In this document: in pieces, positions 33,089 to 42,399 of the stretch
How the letters are laid out: every line of letters begins with the position of its first letter
Numbering within the stretch: position 1 is the first letter of the stretch
Source: Rhizobiaceae bacterium
Lineage (GTDB): Bacteria > Pseudomonadota > Alphaproteobacteria > Rhizobiales > Rhizobiaceae
Assembly (NCBI GenBank): GCA_023953775.1
Contig: JAMLJD010000002.1
Span: 39,245 to 103,244 of the forward strand
Direction of reading: 5' to 3'
Length of the DNA stretch: 64,000 bases
The notes under the pieces: model-generated
What the model saw: only the letters and a program-made list of their open reading frames with translations
Databases searched by the model: none
What the model was told of the DNA's origin: nothing
Made by a program: the position numbers and the translations under genes

Positions 33089-34123
33089 ATGGCAGATCGC
33101 AAGCGCCACGAACCGAAGGAGATCGAGGACGCGGATGCCGGGCGACTCGTCGCGCGCAACGAGCCCGAAGCTGATCTCGACGCCTACCGCCGCTGTCTCA
33201 GTCAGTTCGCGACCGGGGTGACCGTGGTCACGGCCAGGAGCGGGTCGCAACTCGTCGCGATGACGGCGAACTCGTTCTCGTCGGTCTCGCTCGATCCGCC
33301 GCTGGTATCGTGGTCCGTCAAGCGGGACAGCCAGAGCTTCCAGGCGTTTTCCGAGGCGTCCGGTTTCGTGATCAACATTCTCTCGAGCGACCAGATCGCA
33401 CTGTCACGCCACTTCGGAAAATCAGGAGACGACAAGTTTTCCGGCATCTCGTGGACGCCTGGTGTCGATGGATTGCCGCTGCTGAGCGGCGCGGCCGCAT
33501 GCATCGAATGCCGAAGGGTCCGCGACTTCGACGGCGGAGACCATCTCGTCATGTTGGGGCAGGTCGTACGGTTCACCCATTTCGACCGCAACGTTCTCCT
33601 CTTCGTTCAGGGCAAGTACGGCGTCGTCGGGGAGCATCCCGAACTGTTGACTGGCATGGGCGGAACCAAGGACGATTTCGCGGCAGGACCAGTCAACGAG
33701 TTCTTTGCCGGCCTTATGTATCGTGCATACGGCGCACTGGCCGTTGGGATGACGCAAGCACAGCATGAGCTCGGCTTCGATCCGGTCGAGGGACGGCTAC
33801 TCGGCGCTATCGCGACTTTCGCCGGCAGGACGGCCGAAACCCTGCTTCCCGAACTCTACCTGAGCACCAACGCGACGGAGAACGGTATCGCCTCACTCCG
33901 TGACCAAGGTCTCGTGGACGTTGCAGAGAGTGGGGTATTGCGGCTTTCAGATAAGGGGCAGGAACGCCTGAAAGATCTCACGCAGGCAATCCGCCTGCAC
34001 GAATCTGCTTTGCTGGACGGCGTCGCCCCCGCCGACGTCGAGCGGGCCCGTGGCGTAATGCGCCGTGTCATCGAAAACAGTCGCAGGAATAAGCGATTGC
34101 AGGACGGTGCCGCCGCAGACTGA
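33089..34123 (+). CDS. Fusion protein: NAD(P)H-flavin reductase domain plus a C-terminal MarR-like winged-helix domain
   Basis: Residues about 30-190 read FATGVTVVTAR....LVAMTANSFSSVSLDPPLVSWSV.....S...F......FVINIL...Q...S..F and GDHLVMLGQV, which is the Flavin_Reduct pattern. Residues about 215-330 show the MarR topology: LMYRAYGAL...GFDPVEGRLLGAIA...TAETLLPELYLSTNATENGIASLRDQGLV...RLSDKGQERLKDL. Confidence 0.75.
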   Translation: MADRKRHEPKEIEDADAGRLVARNEPEADLDAYRRCLSQFATGVTVVTARSGSQLVAMTANSFSSVSLDPPLVSWSVKRDSQSFQAFSEASGFVINILSSDQIALSRHFGKSGDDKFSGISWTPGVDGLPLLSGAAACIECRRVRDFDGGDHLVMLGQVVRFTHFDRNVLLFVQGKYGVVGEHPELLTGMGGTKDDFAAGPVNEFFAGLMYRAYGALAVGMTQAQHELGFDPVEGRLLGAIATFAGRTAETLLPELYLSTNATENGIASLRDQGLVDVAESGVLRLSDKGQERLKDLTQAIRLHESALLDGVAPADVERARGVMRRVIENSRRNKRLQDGAAAD

Positions 34124-34131
34124 GGCCGCCG

Positions 34132-34848
34132 CTAAAGTCCCATATAAGCTTCCTGGATCTGCGGATTGTTCATCAGTTCCCCCGCCGTGCCCATCGTCAC
34201 GATCGAGCCATGGTCGATGACGTAACCGCGGTCTGCAACCTCGAGCGCTTCGCCGACATTCTGCTCGACGAGGACCACGGTCAGGTTCTCTTTATCAACC
34301 AGCGACCGGATCGTTTCAAAAACCCGCTCCGTCATGACCGGAGACAGGCCCACGGACGGCTCGTCCAGCATCAGCAGGGTCGGCCGCGACATCATCGCGC
34401 GTGCGATCGCGCACATCTGGCGTTCGCCACCCGAGAGCTGCCCTGCGAGTTGCTGACGCCGCTCCTTCAGGATCGGAAAGACCTCGAAGAGTTCCGCCAT
34501 CCTCTGCTCGCGCTCGGCTCGCGCACGCTTTGCATAGGCGCCGAGCTCGAGGTTTTCCAGCACCGTCATGAATGGAAACAGACGGCCGCCTTCAGGAACC
34601 ATCGCCATCCTCAAGGCCGGTCGCAGATGAGCCGGAAGACCGGTAATCGTTGCCCCGTTAAGCTTGACTTCGCCAGATCTCGGCCGGATCAGTCCTGCGA
34701 GTGCCGAAAGGAGGGTCGTCTTGCCGGCGCCATTGGCACCGACGATACAAACGATCTCCGACTGGTCGGCATGGATCGACACGTCGTGAATGACGTTGGC
34801 TTCGCCGTAGCCCGCATCCAACGAACGTACATCGAGGATCCTCGTCAT
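34132..34848 (-). CDS. livF: Branched-chain-amino-acid-type ABC transporter ATP-binding protein (LivF-like)
   Basis: Walker A is GANGAGKTT, the signature is LSGGERQM and Walker B is LLMLDEPS. There is a 4-nt overlap with livG. Confidence 0.9.
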   Translation of the reverse strand: MTRILDVRSLDAGYGEANVIHDVSIHADQSEIVCIVGANGAGKTTLLSALAGLIRPRSGEVKLNGATITGLPAHLRPALRMAMVPEGGRLFPFMTVLENLELGAYAKRARAEREQRMAELFEVFPILKERRQQLAGQLSGGERQMCAIARAMMSRPTLLMLDEPSVGLSPVMTERVFETIRSLVDKENLTVVLVEQNVGEALEVADRGYVIDHGSIVTMGTAGELMNNPQIQEAYMGL

Positions 34849-35582
34849 CTCTTCTTCTTTCCGATGTAAGCGTCGATGACGTCCGGGTCTGAAAGCACTT
34901 CGCTCGCGCTGCCGTCCGCGATGAGATTGCCGCGATCGAGCACGAGAACACGCTTCGAGAACGCCCGCACGACCTTCAGATTGTGCTCGATCACGATAAT
35001 GGTGTGTCCGGCCTCGTTAAGTGCGAGGACAAGGTCGACGATCCTGTTGACCTCGGTCTGGTTCAGGCCGGCCATCACCTCGTCGAGCAGGAGTACCCGC
35101 GGTTCCATCGACAGAGCGCGCGCAACCTCCAGCCGACGCCGCTCGCCGAGTGTCAGGTGTCCGGCAAGTTCGCCTGCCCTGTGATCCAGACCGACCTTTT
35201 CGAGTGCGGCAAGAGCCGTTTCGGCCGCTTCTCTCAGCGCTGCGTGATGCAGGAAGGCGCCGATCATCGCATTCTCGAGCACCGTCAGCGAAGTCAGCGT
35301 CTGGGAGATCTGGAAGGTGCGCCCGAGACCGAGCCGCGCCCTGCGGCTGGGGCGCTCTCGGCTGATGTCGGCCCCCTCATAGACCACGCGCCCGGCCGTC
35401 GGACTGAGCTGACCCGTCAGGATGTTGAACAGAGTCGTCTTGCCTGCGCCATTCGGGCCGATCAGGCTGACAAGGTCTCCCGAGCCGACGCCGAACGACA
35501 CATCATTGACCGCGACGATGCCACCGAAACGCTTCGAGACGGTTTCGATGCCCAGATGGACTGCGCTCATTGCCGTCTCCAA
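34845..35582 (-). CDS. livG: Branched-chain-amino-acid-type ABC transporter ATP-binding protein (LivG-like)
   Basis: Walker A is GPNGAGKTT, the signature is LTLGERRRLEVARAL and Walker B is LLLDEVMAG. Confidence 0.9.
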   Translation of the reverse strand: METAMSAVHLGIETVSKRFGGIVAVNDVSFGVGSGDLVSLIGPNGAGKTTLFNILTGQLSPTAGRVVYEGADISRERPSRRARLGLGRTFQISQTLTSLTVLENAMIGAFLHHAALREAAETALAALEKVGLDHRAGELAGHLTLGERRRLEVARALSMEPRVLLLDEVMAGLNQTEVNRIVDLVLALNEAGHTIIVIEHNLKVVRAFSKRVLVLDRGNLIADGSASEVLSDPDVIDAYIGKKKR

Positions 35583-36592
35583 ACAGCGTCAAGCGCCTGT
35601 TTGAGCGCACCGAATATTCCCCGTTTCATGAACAGCGCACCGAGAATAAGGATCAGCGCCAGCACCATCAGATTGCCGCCCGGAACGGCGCTGCCGACAA
35701 ATGCCCTCAGCCAGTAGTCGAGCGGAATGAGCAGCAGGGCTCCGAGTAGCGGTCCGTAGATCGTCCCGATACCTCCGATCAGGGCGATCAGCGCAATCTT
35801 CACGCCGACGTCGAACAGCGATAGCAGGCCGGCCGGTTCGACGATACGCACATACATCATGTAGAAGACGCCACCCGCTCCTGTAAGTGCGGCGCTGATG
35901 GCCATCCCCTTGAGCTTGGTCGCCAGCACGTTGATGCCGGACGCTTCGGCAGCGTTCTCGTTGTCCCGAACCGCCTGGAGATAGAAGCCGAGCCGACTGC
36001 GGTAGACGATCACGGAGACCGCCAGCGCAGCGGCAAGATATCCCAGGAACAGCACGGCATAGGCCCACCGTGCCTGGAAGATCATGTTCTCCAGCCCGGC
36101 ACGATAGGGAATGGTAAGCCCGCTGGCACCGCCGGTTATAAGGTCGAAGTGCATCGCAAAGGCGATCGCTACCTCGGTCAACGCCATCGTTGCGATGGCG
36201 AAGAATGGGCCCTTGAGCCGGAATACCGGCCAGGAAACCAACGCGGCGATCCCGGCGCTCAACACCATCGCAGGTATGAGTGATATCCATGGTGATATGT
36301 CGAAATGCTTGAAGAGATTACCCGCCGTGTACGCACCGATAGCGAAAAACACGCTGTGCGCGATCGAGAACTGGCCGCCATATCCGCCAATGATGTTCCA
36401 GGAAACAGCCAGACCGCCGAACAGCAGCGCTACTGTCAGCAGGTTGAGGTAGAAGAACTGTCCTGACAGAAGGAACACCAACAGGCCCAGTCCGCAGACG
36501 ACGGCCAGCCAGATAGGCAGCTCCTTCCGAACGGTCCATACCCCGTCGACAGCAGACCTGGTATCCGGAACCGGGCCGGCTGCTGACCGCAT
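35567..36592 (-). CDS. livM: Branched-chain-amino-acid-type ABC transporter permease (LivM-like)
   Basis: The ORF is polytopic, with WNIIGGYGGQFSIAHSVFFAIGAY and the EAA-like segment VRDNENAAEASGINV. The start is uncertain. The ORF is open to 36661, which would overlap livH. Confidence 0.85.
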   Translation of the reverse strand: MRSAAGPVPDTRSAVDGVWTVRKELPIWLAVVCGLGLLVFLLSGQFFYLNLLTVALLFGGLAVSWNIIGGYGGQFSIAHSVFFAIGAYTAGNLFKHFDISPWISLIPAMVLSAGIAALVSWPVFRLKGPFFAIATMALTEVAIAFAMHFDLITGGASGLTIPYRAGLENMIFQARWAYAVLFLGYLAAALAVSVIVYRSRLGFYLQAVRDNENAAEASGINVLATKLKGMAISAALTGAGGVFYMMYVRIVEPAGLLSLFDVGVKIALIALIGGIGTIYGPLLGALLLIPLDYWLRAFVGSAVPGGNLMVLALILILGALFMKRGIFGALKQALDAVWRRQ

Positions 36593-36614
36593 GCCGAGAC
36601 CCTCGCTCGTCGTA

Positions 36615-37505
36615 TCAAGATTGCTCACGCAGACCCACCTCTTCCGCTCCAACCTTGCCAAACAGGCCGGACGGCCTGACCAGGAGGACGGCGATGAACA
36701 CTATGAAAATGACGGCATGCTTCAGTTCGGGGTCGATGTAGTAACCGGCAAATGCTTCGGTGAGCCCGACGATGAAACCGCCGACGAAGGCACCGGCAAC
36801 ACTCCCCAGACCGCCGAGCACGACGACCGCGAATGCGGCCATCACGAAGTTGCCCCCGATATGCGGAGACAAGGTGTAGATCGGCGACAGGAGCACTCCG
36901 GCGAGACCGGCGAGGCCGGTCCCTATGCCGAAGGTCCACATATACGTAGTCTGCACGTTGATGCCCATGAGCTGCGCGGCGCGGCGGTCCTGGGCGACCG
37001 CGCGGATTGCTTTGCCGACGGTCGAACGGGCCAGGAACACCCCGAGCGCGGCCGCTGCGAGCGCCGCCGCCACCAGGACGATCAGCCGGGAGACCGAGAA
37101 CTGCACCGGACCTAGCGACAGTGCGACCTGCGACAGTGGCGTGTTGATGCTGAAGCTCAACCCGCCAGTGATGGCGAGCACGATATTCTGGAGCAGAAGC
37201 AGTAGGCCGAAGCTGGCGAAGACCTGCATCATCGGCTCGTTCTGCAGCGGCCGCATGACGAGCCAGTAGACGACGACGCCAAGCAGGATCAGCGCGGGAA
37301 CGACGATCAGAACGGTGACATACGGGTCCAGCGCCAGAACGCTGTAGCCCAGATAGGCACCGTACATGCCCAGCATGAGAAACTCGCCCTGGGCGAAGTT
37401 GATGATCCTGATGACCCCAAAAATCAGGTTCAGTCCTACGCTGACCAGCGCATAGATGCCGCCAAGCAGCAGGCCAAGTGTGATGACATTGAGGAGCTGT
37501 TCCAT
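36615..37505 (-). CDS. livH: Branched-chain-amino-acid-type ABC transporter permease (LivH-like)
   Basis: The ORF begins MEQLLNVITLGLLLGGIYALVSVGLNLIFGVIRIINFAQGEF and contains AVAQDRRAAQLMGINV. Confidence 0.9.
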   Translation of the reverse strand: MEQLLNVITLGLLLGGIYALVSVGLNLIFGVIRIINFAQGEFLMLGMYGAYLGYSVLALDPYVTVLIVVPALILLGVVVYWLVMRPLQNEPMMQVFASFGLLLLLQNIVLAITGGLSFSINTPLSQVALSLGPVQFSVSRLIVLVAAALAAAALGVFLARSTVGKAIRAVAQDRRAAQLMGINVQTTYMWTFGIGTGLAGLAGVLLSPIYTLSPHIGGNFVMAAFAVVVLGGLGSVAGAFVGGFIVGLTEAFAGYYIDPELKHAVIFIVFIAVLLVRPSGLFGKVGAEEVGLREQS

Positions 37506-37653
37506 TGGAAGATCCGCTTGTCAGGGGCCGGCGGAGGTGCGCATTGCGAGCGCGTGGCATCGATCGCGAAGGTTCAAACGGGTCTGACCCGTTCCCGCAT
37601 ATCGAACGGAAAGTCCGGCGGCACATCTGCGCGCCGCCGGGAGCGATGTGTGC

Positions 37654-38877
37654 TTACGGGCGGGCCGTATCTTTCATCTCGACACCCTCAGGCGCCGCCT
37701 CGGGCGGCCAGACCACCGTCGTGATGTCTCCCTGCCACTGATAGGTAACGGCATCGGCGCGCGTATTCTGCATATTGTCGTCGAATTTCACGCCGTAGCC
37801 GGTGGGGAATGTTCCCTTGGGAAGGTCCATCTCCTTCGCCGCGGCGATCAGCGCCTCCGGCGAAGTGTCGCCGCCGGTCGCTTCGAGGGCTTTGAACAGG
37901 ACCTGCATCCCGACATAGCCGTTGAAACCCGAATTGCCGACCGGGTCCTCGCCATATTTGGCGCGGAACGCATCGTTGGCAGCGTCGGATCCGGGTGCAT
38001 AGCTTTGATTGATGTGGTGACGCGGATAAGTAACGATCAGCACGCCCTGAAGATAGTCCTGGCCGACCGCGTCCGACGTCTCTTTGGAATCGCCAAGCCC
38101 GATCAGGATAGTGGCGCGCGGCTTGAACTGCTGTTCGCGCATGGTGCGAAGCAGGAGGTTGGTGTCGACCACGTATCCGGCGATGATGTAGACGTCCGGA
38201 TCGAAGTCCTTGGCGCGCAGGATCGCGTCGGTGAGGTCCACCGAAGACGCCTTGTGCCCGGCCGTCTGGATCGAGCTCCCCTTCTCCTTGATGAGACGGT
38301 CAAGCTCCGCGGCGATCGACGAACCGTAGTTTGAATCTTCGTGCTCCACCCACACCTTGAGTGCGCCGACATCCTTGCCCATGTCGGCGGCAAGCTTGCT
38401 GGTGCTCACGTCCGCAGCCTGCAGAGCATAGTAGGCCGCGCTCGGTCCGGTACGCAGGAAGTTCGGCAGGCCGCGTTCAGTAAGGCCGACGGCCAGTGCG
38501 TTGGTCTCCCAGTACATCTTGTTGTAATTGAGCGTCGCCTCGCTCGCAGCCTGGGAGATAAAGGAAGCAATGGTGCCAGTCACGATATCGACTTCATCGA
38601 CCGTCGTCAGCTTGTCGACCGCCGCGATCGCTTCCTGCGCGTTGGTCGCGTCACCGCGAATGATCTGAATCTTGTGACCGGCCACGCCGCCGTTTGCGTT
38701 CGCCTCTTCCGCAGCCATCTCGTACCAGCGGGCGAGGTCATTGCCGAGGATTGCCATGCCTCCCGTATTGGGTGTGATGGCGCCGATCTTGATCGTATCT
38801 TCCTGGGTAAATGCCGGGGACGAGATGCTGCCGGCCAAGATCGCAGCGGCTACACCGTTGCGGATAAATTTCTTCAT
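37654..38877 (-). CDS. Liv-type (family 4) periplasmic substrate-binding protein
   Basis: The signal peptide is MKKFIRNGVAAAILAGSISSPAFT. IKIGAITPNTGGMAILG follows, typical of the Peripla_BP_6 family. A GGGAGGAAG ribosome-binding site precedes the start. Confidence 0.9.
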   Translation of the reverse strand: MKKFIRNGVAAAILAGSISSPAFTQEDTIKIGAITPNTGGMAILGNDLARWYEMAAEEANANGGVAGHKIQIIRGDATNAQEAIAAVDKLTTVDEVDIVTGTIASFISQAASEATLNYNKMYWETNALAVGLTERGLPNFLRTGPSAAYYALQAADVSTSKLAADMGKDVGALKVWVEHEDSNYGSSIAAELDRLIKEKGSSIQTAGHKASSVDLTDAILRAKDFDPDVYIIAGYVVDTNLLLRTMREQQFKPRATILIGLGDSKETSDAVGQDYLQGVLIVTYPRHHINQSYAPGSDAANDAFRAKYGEDPVGNSGFNGYVGMQVLFKALEATGGDTSPEALIAAAKEMDLPKGTFPTGYGVKFDDNMQNTRADAVTYQWQGDITTVVWPPEAAPEGVEMKDTARP

Positions 38878-39045
38878 TCCACTTCCTCCCGAGTAAGGGC
38901 AGCCGATCATCGGCGACCCTCGTTGCGCTCCGCTTCCCGGCCCCGCATCAAGCGCCTCATTGAGCCCGGAGGACGCGACAGGGATGGCCCGGTTTGCAGC
39001 GTGAGAACGTTAGCAGCCGCATCCCCGATGACCATTGCCGCATCG

Positions 39046-39062
39046 TGCAATGGACTGTTGCA
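39046..39062. promoter_or_regulatory. Inverted repeat upstream of the liv-type operon
   Basis: TGCAA-N7-TTGCA lies about 170 nt upstream of the SBP start in the 264-bp intergenic region. Confidence 0.2.
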
Positions 39063-39140
39063 AACGGGCGCGTCGTCCTGCCGGCTAAACCGCCATGCAT
39101 CCGGCCGGCGCAGGGGGATGTGTAACGATCGTGGCATACG

Positions 39141-40328
39141 TCAGCTGCGGCGGCGATAGGCGACGAAGCCGAGAAACGCCGTGGCGCCCATCGCCGGTAT
39201 GATGGTCGAGAACGCCAATACGGGATTGGGAAGCAGAGCGCCGGCGCTGCCGCACACGAGCCCGAAACTCATTTGGAGGAAACCCATCATAGACGCCGCG
39301 GCACCTGCGCTTCGAGGGAACGGATCAAGGGCGGCGGCTGTCATTGCCGGCATGACGAACGCAATGCCGAACGAGAATACCGCGACGGGCCACAAGACAA
39401 GCCAGAGTGTGGGCGCGTGGATGACAAGCGCCGCCATGCCCAGACAAGCTATGCCGATCATGACGTAACCGGCACCCGCCAACCTGTCCGGCGCCACGCG
39501 GACGATCAGCGGACGCACGGCGAGAGATCCGAGAAAGAAGCCGGCGGGATGCACGAGCGAGCAGACGCCGAACTCGACCGGGGACAGCCCGATAACTTCA
39601 ATAAGGATGAAAGGAAGGAAGATGTTGTTGGCATAAACGGCCCCAATCAGCGCAGCGAGTGCGACGGTGGCGGCTAGATATTGCCGGTCTTGCAAAATCT
39701 CTCTGTAAGAGCGCACGGATGCCGCGAAGTTCAGCCGCGACCAGTCCGCGGTGACGGTCTCCCGCAACTGGAGCAGAGTAACCAGGACGATCGCAATACC
39801 GAACCCGGCCATGAAGAGAAAAACCGAGCGCCAGCCGAGATAGGTGATCATAGCCCCGCCGATGATCGGAGATATGGCCGGGGCGATCGCCAGGATCAGG
39901 CCTATGAAATTGATAACGCGTGCTGAGCGATCTCCGGTAAACACGTCTCGCACAAGGGCGCGAGAGATCGACATGCCAGCCGCCGCGCCGATACCCTGCA
40001 CGAAACGTGCCGCAATCAACAGACCGATCGTGTCGGCGAAATAGGCGGCGACGCTCGCCGCGCAGAAGCAGCCGATGAAGCAGTAGAGTGCGGGACGCCG
40101 GCCGATCGCGTCGGATAGCGGCCCTACGACCAGTTGCGAACAGGCGAAGCCAGCGAAGTAGATCGAAACCGTGAACTTCACCTCCGCGGCGGTGGCTCCG
40201 AAGCTCTGGGCTATTTCCGACACTGCCGGCAAATAAAGGTACATCGATACAGGGCCGACCGCGATCAGCATCGCACCGATGATGCTGATGCGGCGCTCGC
40301 TCATGATCGGCGCAATCATGTTGGCCAT
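39141..40328 (-). CDS. MFS transporter of the Bcr/CflA drug-resistance subfamily
   Basis: The ORF has 12 predicted TM spans. It contains LYLPAVSEIAQSFG, the motif A-like GPLSDAIGRRPAL and FVQGIGAAAGMSISRALVRD. Confidence 0.85.
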   Translation of the reverse strand: MANMIAPIMSERRISIIGAMLIAVGPVSMYLYLPAVSEIAQSFGATAAEVKFTVSIYFAGFACSQLVVGPLSDAIGRRPALYCFIGCFCAASVAAYFADTIGLLIAARFVQGIGAAAGMSISRALVRDVFTGDRSARVINFIGLILAIAPAISPIIGGAMITYLGWRSVFLFMAGFGIAIVLVTLLQLRETVTADWSRLNFAASVRSYREILQDRQYLAATVALAALIGAVYANNIFLPFILIEVIGLSPVEFGVCSLVHPAGFFLGSLAVRPLIVRVAPDRLAGAGYVMIGIACLGMAALVIHAPTLWLVLWPVAVFSFGIAFVMPAMTAAALDPFPRSAGAAASMMGFLQMSFGLVCGSAGALLPNPVLAFSTIIPAMGATAFLGFVAYRRRS

Positions 40329-40484
40329 CGAACATTCCTGCGTAACGCGGGCACGTGCAGATCCCTTCTCCCGGCACGGTCGACTAAGCGCGACCACCGG
40401 GACCGCGACGGCATCCGTTCGTTACAGTCGCGGCGCGCCGCGGCTGGCGGACACGCCTCGCGCCGCGGGGTCCAATTCGTGGAT

Positions 40485-41252
40485 CTAACGGAAGTGCTGT
40501 CCACCATTGATATCAAGCGTGGCCCCGGTCATGAACGCGGAAGCGGGCGACGCGAGATAGGATGCGAGTGCCCCGATCTCGCCGGGAGACCCGACGCGGC
40601 CTGCCGGGACGTTGAGGACGGCCGGACCTTCCTGTCCGGACGGAACGACCTGGCGCAGCATGCGCGATTCCACCATGCCCGGCGCGATGCAGTTTGCGGT
40701 CACACCGATATCCGCGCCCTCTCCGGCGGCGGTCTTGGTCAATGTCAGGACCGCGCCCTTGGACGCGGAATAGGCCGCGCTCCCGCGAAAACCTCCGACA
40801 TGCGCCGCAACGGAGCTGATCGTGATGATGCGGCCGTGCTCGACCGGTTCCGCGCGGCGGCGGCGCAACATTTCTCGCAGCATCAGAAATGTACCGGTCG
40901 CATTGACGTCGAATGTCCGCCGCCAGTCTGCAAGGGTCGTGTCTGCGATGCCGGTCCTATGAACCCCGTGGCTGATGAGAACGCCCGCGCATGTGACGAG
41001 TATCGATACCGGGCCGAGTCCAGCTTCGACCTCCCGGAAAAGGCGCTCGGCTTCGCCTTCACTGGTAACATCGCATCCGAACGCAGCATGCGTTTCGTCC
41101 TTGCCCAGATCGGCTGCCGTCGCACGAGCGTCGTCGACGTCGCTGTCCGCGACCGCGAGTACGATCCCGTCGGCAGCGAGCGCGTTGCAGATTGCGCGGC
41201 CGAGGCCGCCTCCGCCGCCAGTGACGAGCGCGACTCTCTTCCGGCCTGTCAG
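40485..41252 (-). CDS. SDR-family oxidoreductase with no canonical start codon
   Basis: The frame reads LTGRKRVALVTGGGGGLGRAICNALAADG...NATGTFLMLREML...YSASKGAV...PGMV. There is no in-frame ATG/GTG/TTG upstream of MLREML (40883). The only plausible start is CTG 41252, which overlaps the ACAD stop codon. Confidence 0.65.
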   Translation of the reverse strand: MTGRKRVALVTGGGGGLGRAICNALAADGIVLAVADSDVDDARATAADLGKDETHAAFGCDVTSEGEAERLFREVEAGLGPVSILVTCAGVLISHGVHRTGIADTTLADWRRTFDVNATGTFLMLREMLRRRRAEPVEHGRIITISSVAAHVGGFRGSAAYSASKGAVLTLTKTAAGEGADIGVTANCIAPGMVESRMLRQVVPSGQEGPAVLNVPAGRVGSPGEIGALASYLASPASAFMTGATLDINGGQHFR

Positions 41253-42385
41253 AGGCCCATTTCCTTCGCGATGATGCTGCGTTGGATCTCGTTGGCGCCG
41301 CCGCCGACCATGCCGTGCTTTGCCTCGCGGAAATAGCGTTCCATGTCGAATTCCGGCATCTGGGCGTAGCCGCCCATCGCCTGCATGCCGTTGAAGGCGA
41401 TCTTGAAGGCGGTATCCACCGCGAAGACCTTCGCCATGGAGACTTCCTTCAGCGCGTTCTCGCCCCGCGCCAGCATGGTGGCGGCGTTGTAGACGAGCAG
41501 CCGGGCCGCAGCGAGTTCGTACTCGTTCTCGGCCATGCGGTGCTTGATCACCTGGAAAGACGACAGGGATCTGCCGAACTGCTTCCGCTCCTTGGTGTAG
41601 CGGATGGTGTCATCAAGTGCGGTGCGGGCATTGCCGACATAGGTCGCCGCTAGGCTCATCCGCTCGAGCTGGAGATGCTGTCCGATGACCTTCCATCCCT
41701 CTCCGACCTTGCCGAGCGTGTTCGACACCGGCACGCGCACATTGTCGAGGAAGTACTGCGTGGTGCCGAGGCTCTTGCGCACGATCGTCGGCAGCTTGCG
41801 GATATCGAGGCCGGGCGTGTCGTTCGGCAACAGGATCGCGGTCAGGCCGGCGTAGCGCTCCTCGCCGGTGCGTGCCAGCAACACGATGGTGGTGTTCGGA
41901 TGATGCGCGCCGGAGCACCACATCTTCGCGCCGTTGATGACCCACTCGTCGCCTTCGCGAACGGCCTTGGTCGTGACCGACGCCGCATCCGAACCGGCAT
42001 TCGGCTCGCTGATCGAGATGGCAAAGCGCTGGTCGCCGGTCAGAAAGGGCGGCAGATATTTCTCCTGCTGTTCCTTCGTGCCGTTGGTCGCAAGGTTCTG
42101 CGCGGTGAAGATCATCTGGATGAAGCAGGCAGCCGTATCGAGGCTGAACTTCGCGATCTTCTCGCAGAAAATGGCGTACATGACGGGGTCAAGACCTAGG
42201 CCGCCGAGTTCCTCGGGCAGGATGATTCCCAACCAGCCCTCCTTGGCAACCTTGCGGTAAACCTCCTCAGGAAACTCGCGGCTGGCGTCGTGCTTGCGTG
42301 TATATTCTCGGCCGACCTCCTTCTCCATGAAGCGGTCGAGCGTATCGCGCCACATTTCCTGTTCGTGTGTATGACGAAAATCCAT
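41249..42385 (-). CDS. Acyl-CoA dehydrogenase
   Basis: The 378-aa ORF contains FAISISEPNAGSDAASV, KMWCSGA and a C-terminal GGANEIQRSIIAKEMGL. A GGAGG ribosome-binding site precedes the start. Confidence 0.9.
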   Translation of the reverse strand: MDFRHTHEQEMWRDTLDRFMEKEVGREYTRKHDASREFPEEVYRKVAKEGWLGIILPEELGGLGLDPVMYAIFCEKIAKFSLDTAACFIQMIFTAQNLATNGTKEQQEKYLPPFLTGDQRFAISISEPNAGSDAASVTTKAVREGDEWVINGAKMWCSGAHHPNTTIVLLARTGEERYAGLTAILLPNDTPGLDIRKLPTIVRKSLGTTQYFLDNVRVPVSNTLGKVGEGWKVIGQHLQLERMSLAATYVGNARTALDDTIRYTKERKQFGRSLSSFQVIKHRMAENEYELAAARLLVYNAATMLARGENALKEVSMAKVFAVDTAFKIAFNGMQAMGGYAQMPEFDMERYFREAKHGMVGGGANEIQRSIIAKEMGL

Positions 42386-42399
42386 GATGATCCTCCAAT

